DNA from: Vezdaea acicularis
Taxonomy: Eukaryota
DNA: 64,000 nucleotides
Assembly (NCBI GenBank): GCA_026025075.1
Contig: JAPEUI010000004.1
Location: 62,001-126,000, forward strand
Direction: 5' to 3'
The position numbers and the translations under genes are program-made. Below are positions 63,101 to 64,000 of the stretch, piece by piece (positions within the stretch are counted from its first letter, which is position 1; the number at the start of each line of letters is the position of its first letter). The notes beneath the pieces were generated by a model. It was not told where the DNA came from and ran no database searches. It worked only from the letters and a program-made list of their open reading frames with translations.

Positions 63101-64000
63101 CACCTCAAGCTCCGCAATATTTGGTGCGACAAGTACGGGACTACCTGGCGTAGGCGTTTCCAAGACAGCAGTATCGACGCCTGCGTCCTCTCCTTTCGCA
63201 TATTTACTCCCGAACGAACCGGCGTCCCAGCCTACTACTAGTCTTGACGCTACTAAACCCATCGCCCCCAAACCGATATTTGATAGCGTTCTGAGTGCGT
63301 CTCCTTCAGCGGAACAAGAGCCAAATGCGCTTCCAACCCAACCTTTCGTCTTCACCTTCAATGCTGGGCAAACCTCTGTAGCACCAGTTTCATTAGCTAC
63401 ATCAACAAGCAACCAAGTTTTGCCAGGTTTGCAACCTAACAGTGGCTCTGCGCAATCTGCTTCGCCAAAGTTAACGCCTACTCCAGCTATTGTGGAGGGT
63501 GGCCCTTTTCCAAAGGCAGAAAAACCGCCGACTCCAATACCTATCACGTCAACCATGCCAAATAGTAGCCCTCAAGTTATTAGGACAACTAGCAGCCCCC
63601 AAGAAGGTGAAGGGTCCAGTAAGGATGAAATCGGTTCAGAATCGCTTGCCACACTGAATGCGTGGCATTCAAACCACTTCGACGATCTCGATATTAGTAT
63701 AGAGGAGGAAGAAGGTCTGGCTCAGCGAGCTGGTTGCACACGTCTTCAGGTCTCCCGCTGGCTTTCAATGATGCGGAAAGGATCTGCAAGCTCGCCTACC
63801 AGTGTAGTAAAGACATCCCTGTCTAATGGCATTCGTAGCAAAGCTCAGCCGGTCACGGATTCAGCCAAGGAGCAGCAGCTGACGCCTGTTGAGCGAGAAA
63901 TAGTCCCAGAGGTGGATCCACATTTTGTCGATGGACCAGGTGAGTTTCATTGCTTCAAGACTGCAATTGCTAGCTAATTATCCAAAGAGTGGGATGCAGG
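60103..64000 (+). CDS. sac3: SAC3/GANP mRNA export (TREX-2) scaffold; the 3' end lies beyond the window (introns 62108-62156, 62259-62361 or 62370, 63940-63999)
   Basis: SAC3_GANP motifs GTCGDMCPEFER, MVKRFERSSAG, LPSDVRP..L..T.DYL, FVWDRTRAIRTDF and ERIARFH. It has an RGG-rich N-terminus and an F-spaced Ser/Pro/Thr-rich middle. An alternative start lies at 60007. Confidence 0.88.

Noticed and set aside
62816..63556. 246-aa minus-strand ORF
   Set aside because: It is an antisense shadow of the Ser/Pro/Thr-rich region of sac3.

Overview
Eukaryotic DNA from a filamentous ascomycete (Pezizomycotina, inferred from the gene families and the short GT-AG introns with CTRAY branch points). About 20 protein-coding genes are supported, most of them spliced, so the supplied ORF track shows only fragments. 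In order they are: Myb factor FlbD, an MFS transporter, COP9 subunit CSN1, Ap4A phosphorylase, a CMD/AhpD-like protein, an RGS-LOV blue-light receptor, a DUF3431 protein, HRD1, a GH32 invertase, a Myb-like protein, a conserved hypothetical protein, ureidoglycolate lyase, C2H2 factor NsdC, a hypothetical protein, FAF1, HIS6, CDC34, a UBA/UIM protein, and SAC3 (which runs off the right end). An intact Fot1/pogo DNA transposon lies at 14451-16987. The most notable observations are: (1) the transposon has bipartite 78-bp TIRs and carries a gap-free 25-unit 18-bp minisatellite; (2) nsdC has a stop-free 573-nt in-frame intron with a second internal donor, predicting three protein isoforms; (3) a degenerate TALE homeodomain is embedded in Sac3; (4) the RGS-LOV receptor lacks a BcLOV4-type polybasic helix. 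Family assignments are from motif recognition only; no searches were run.
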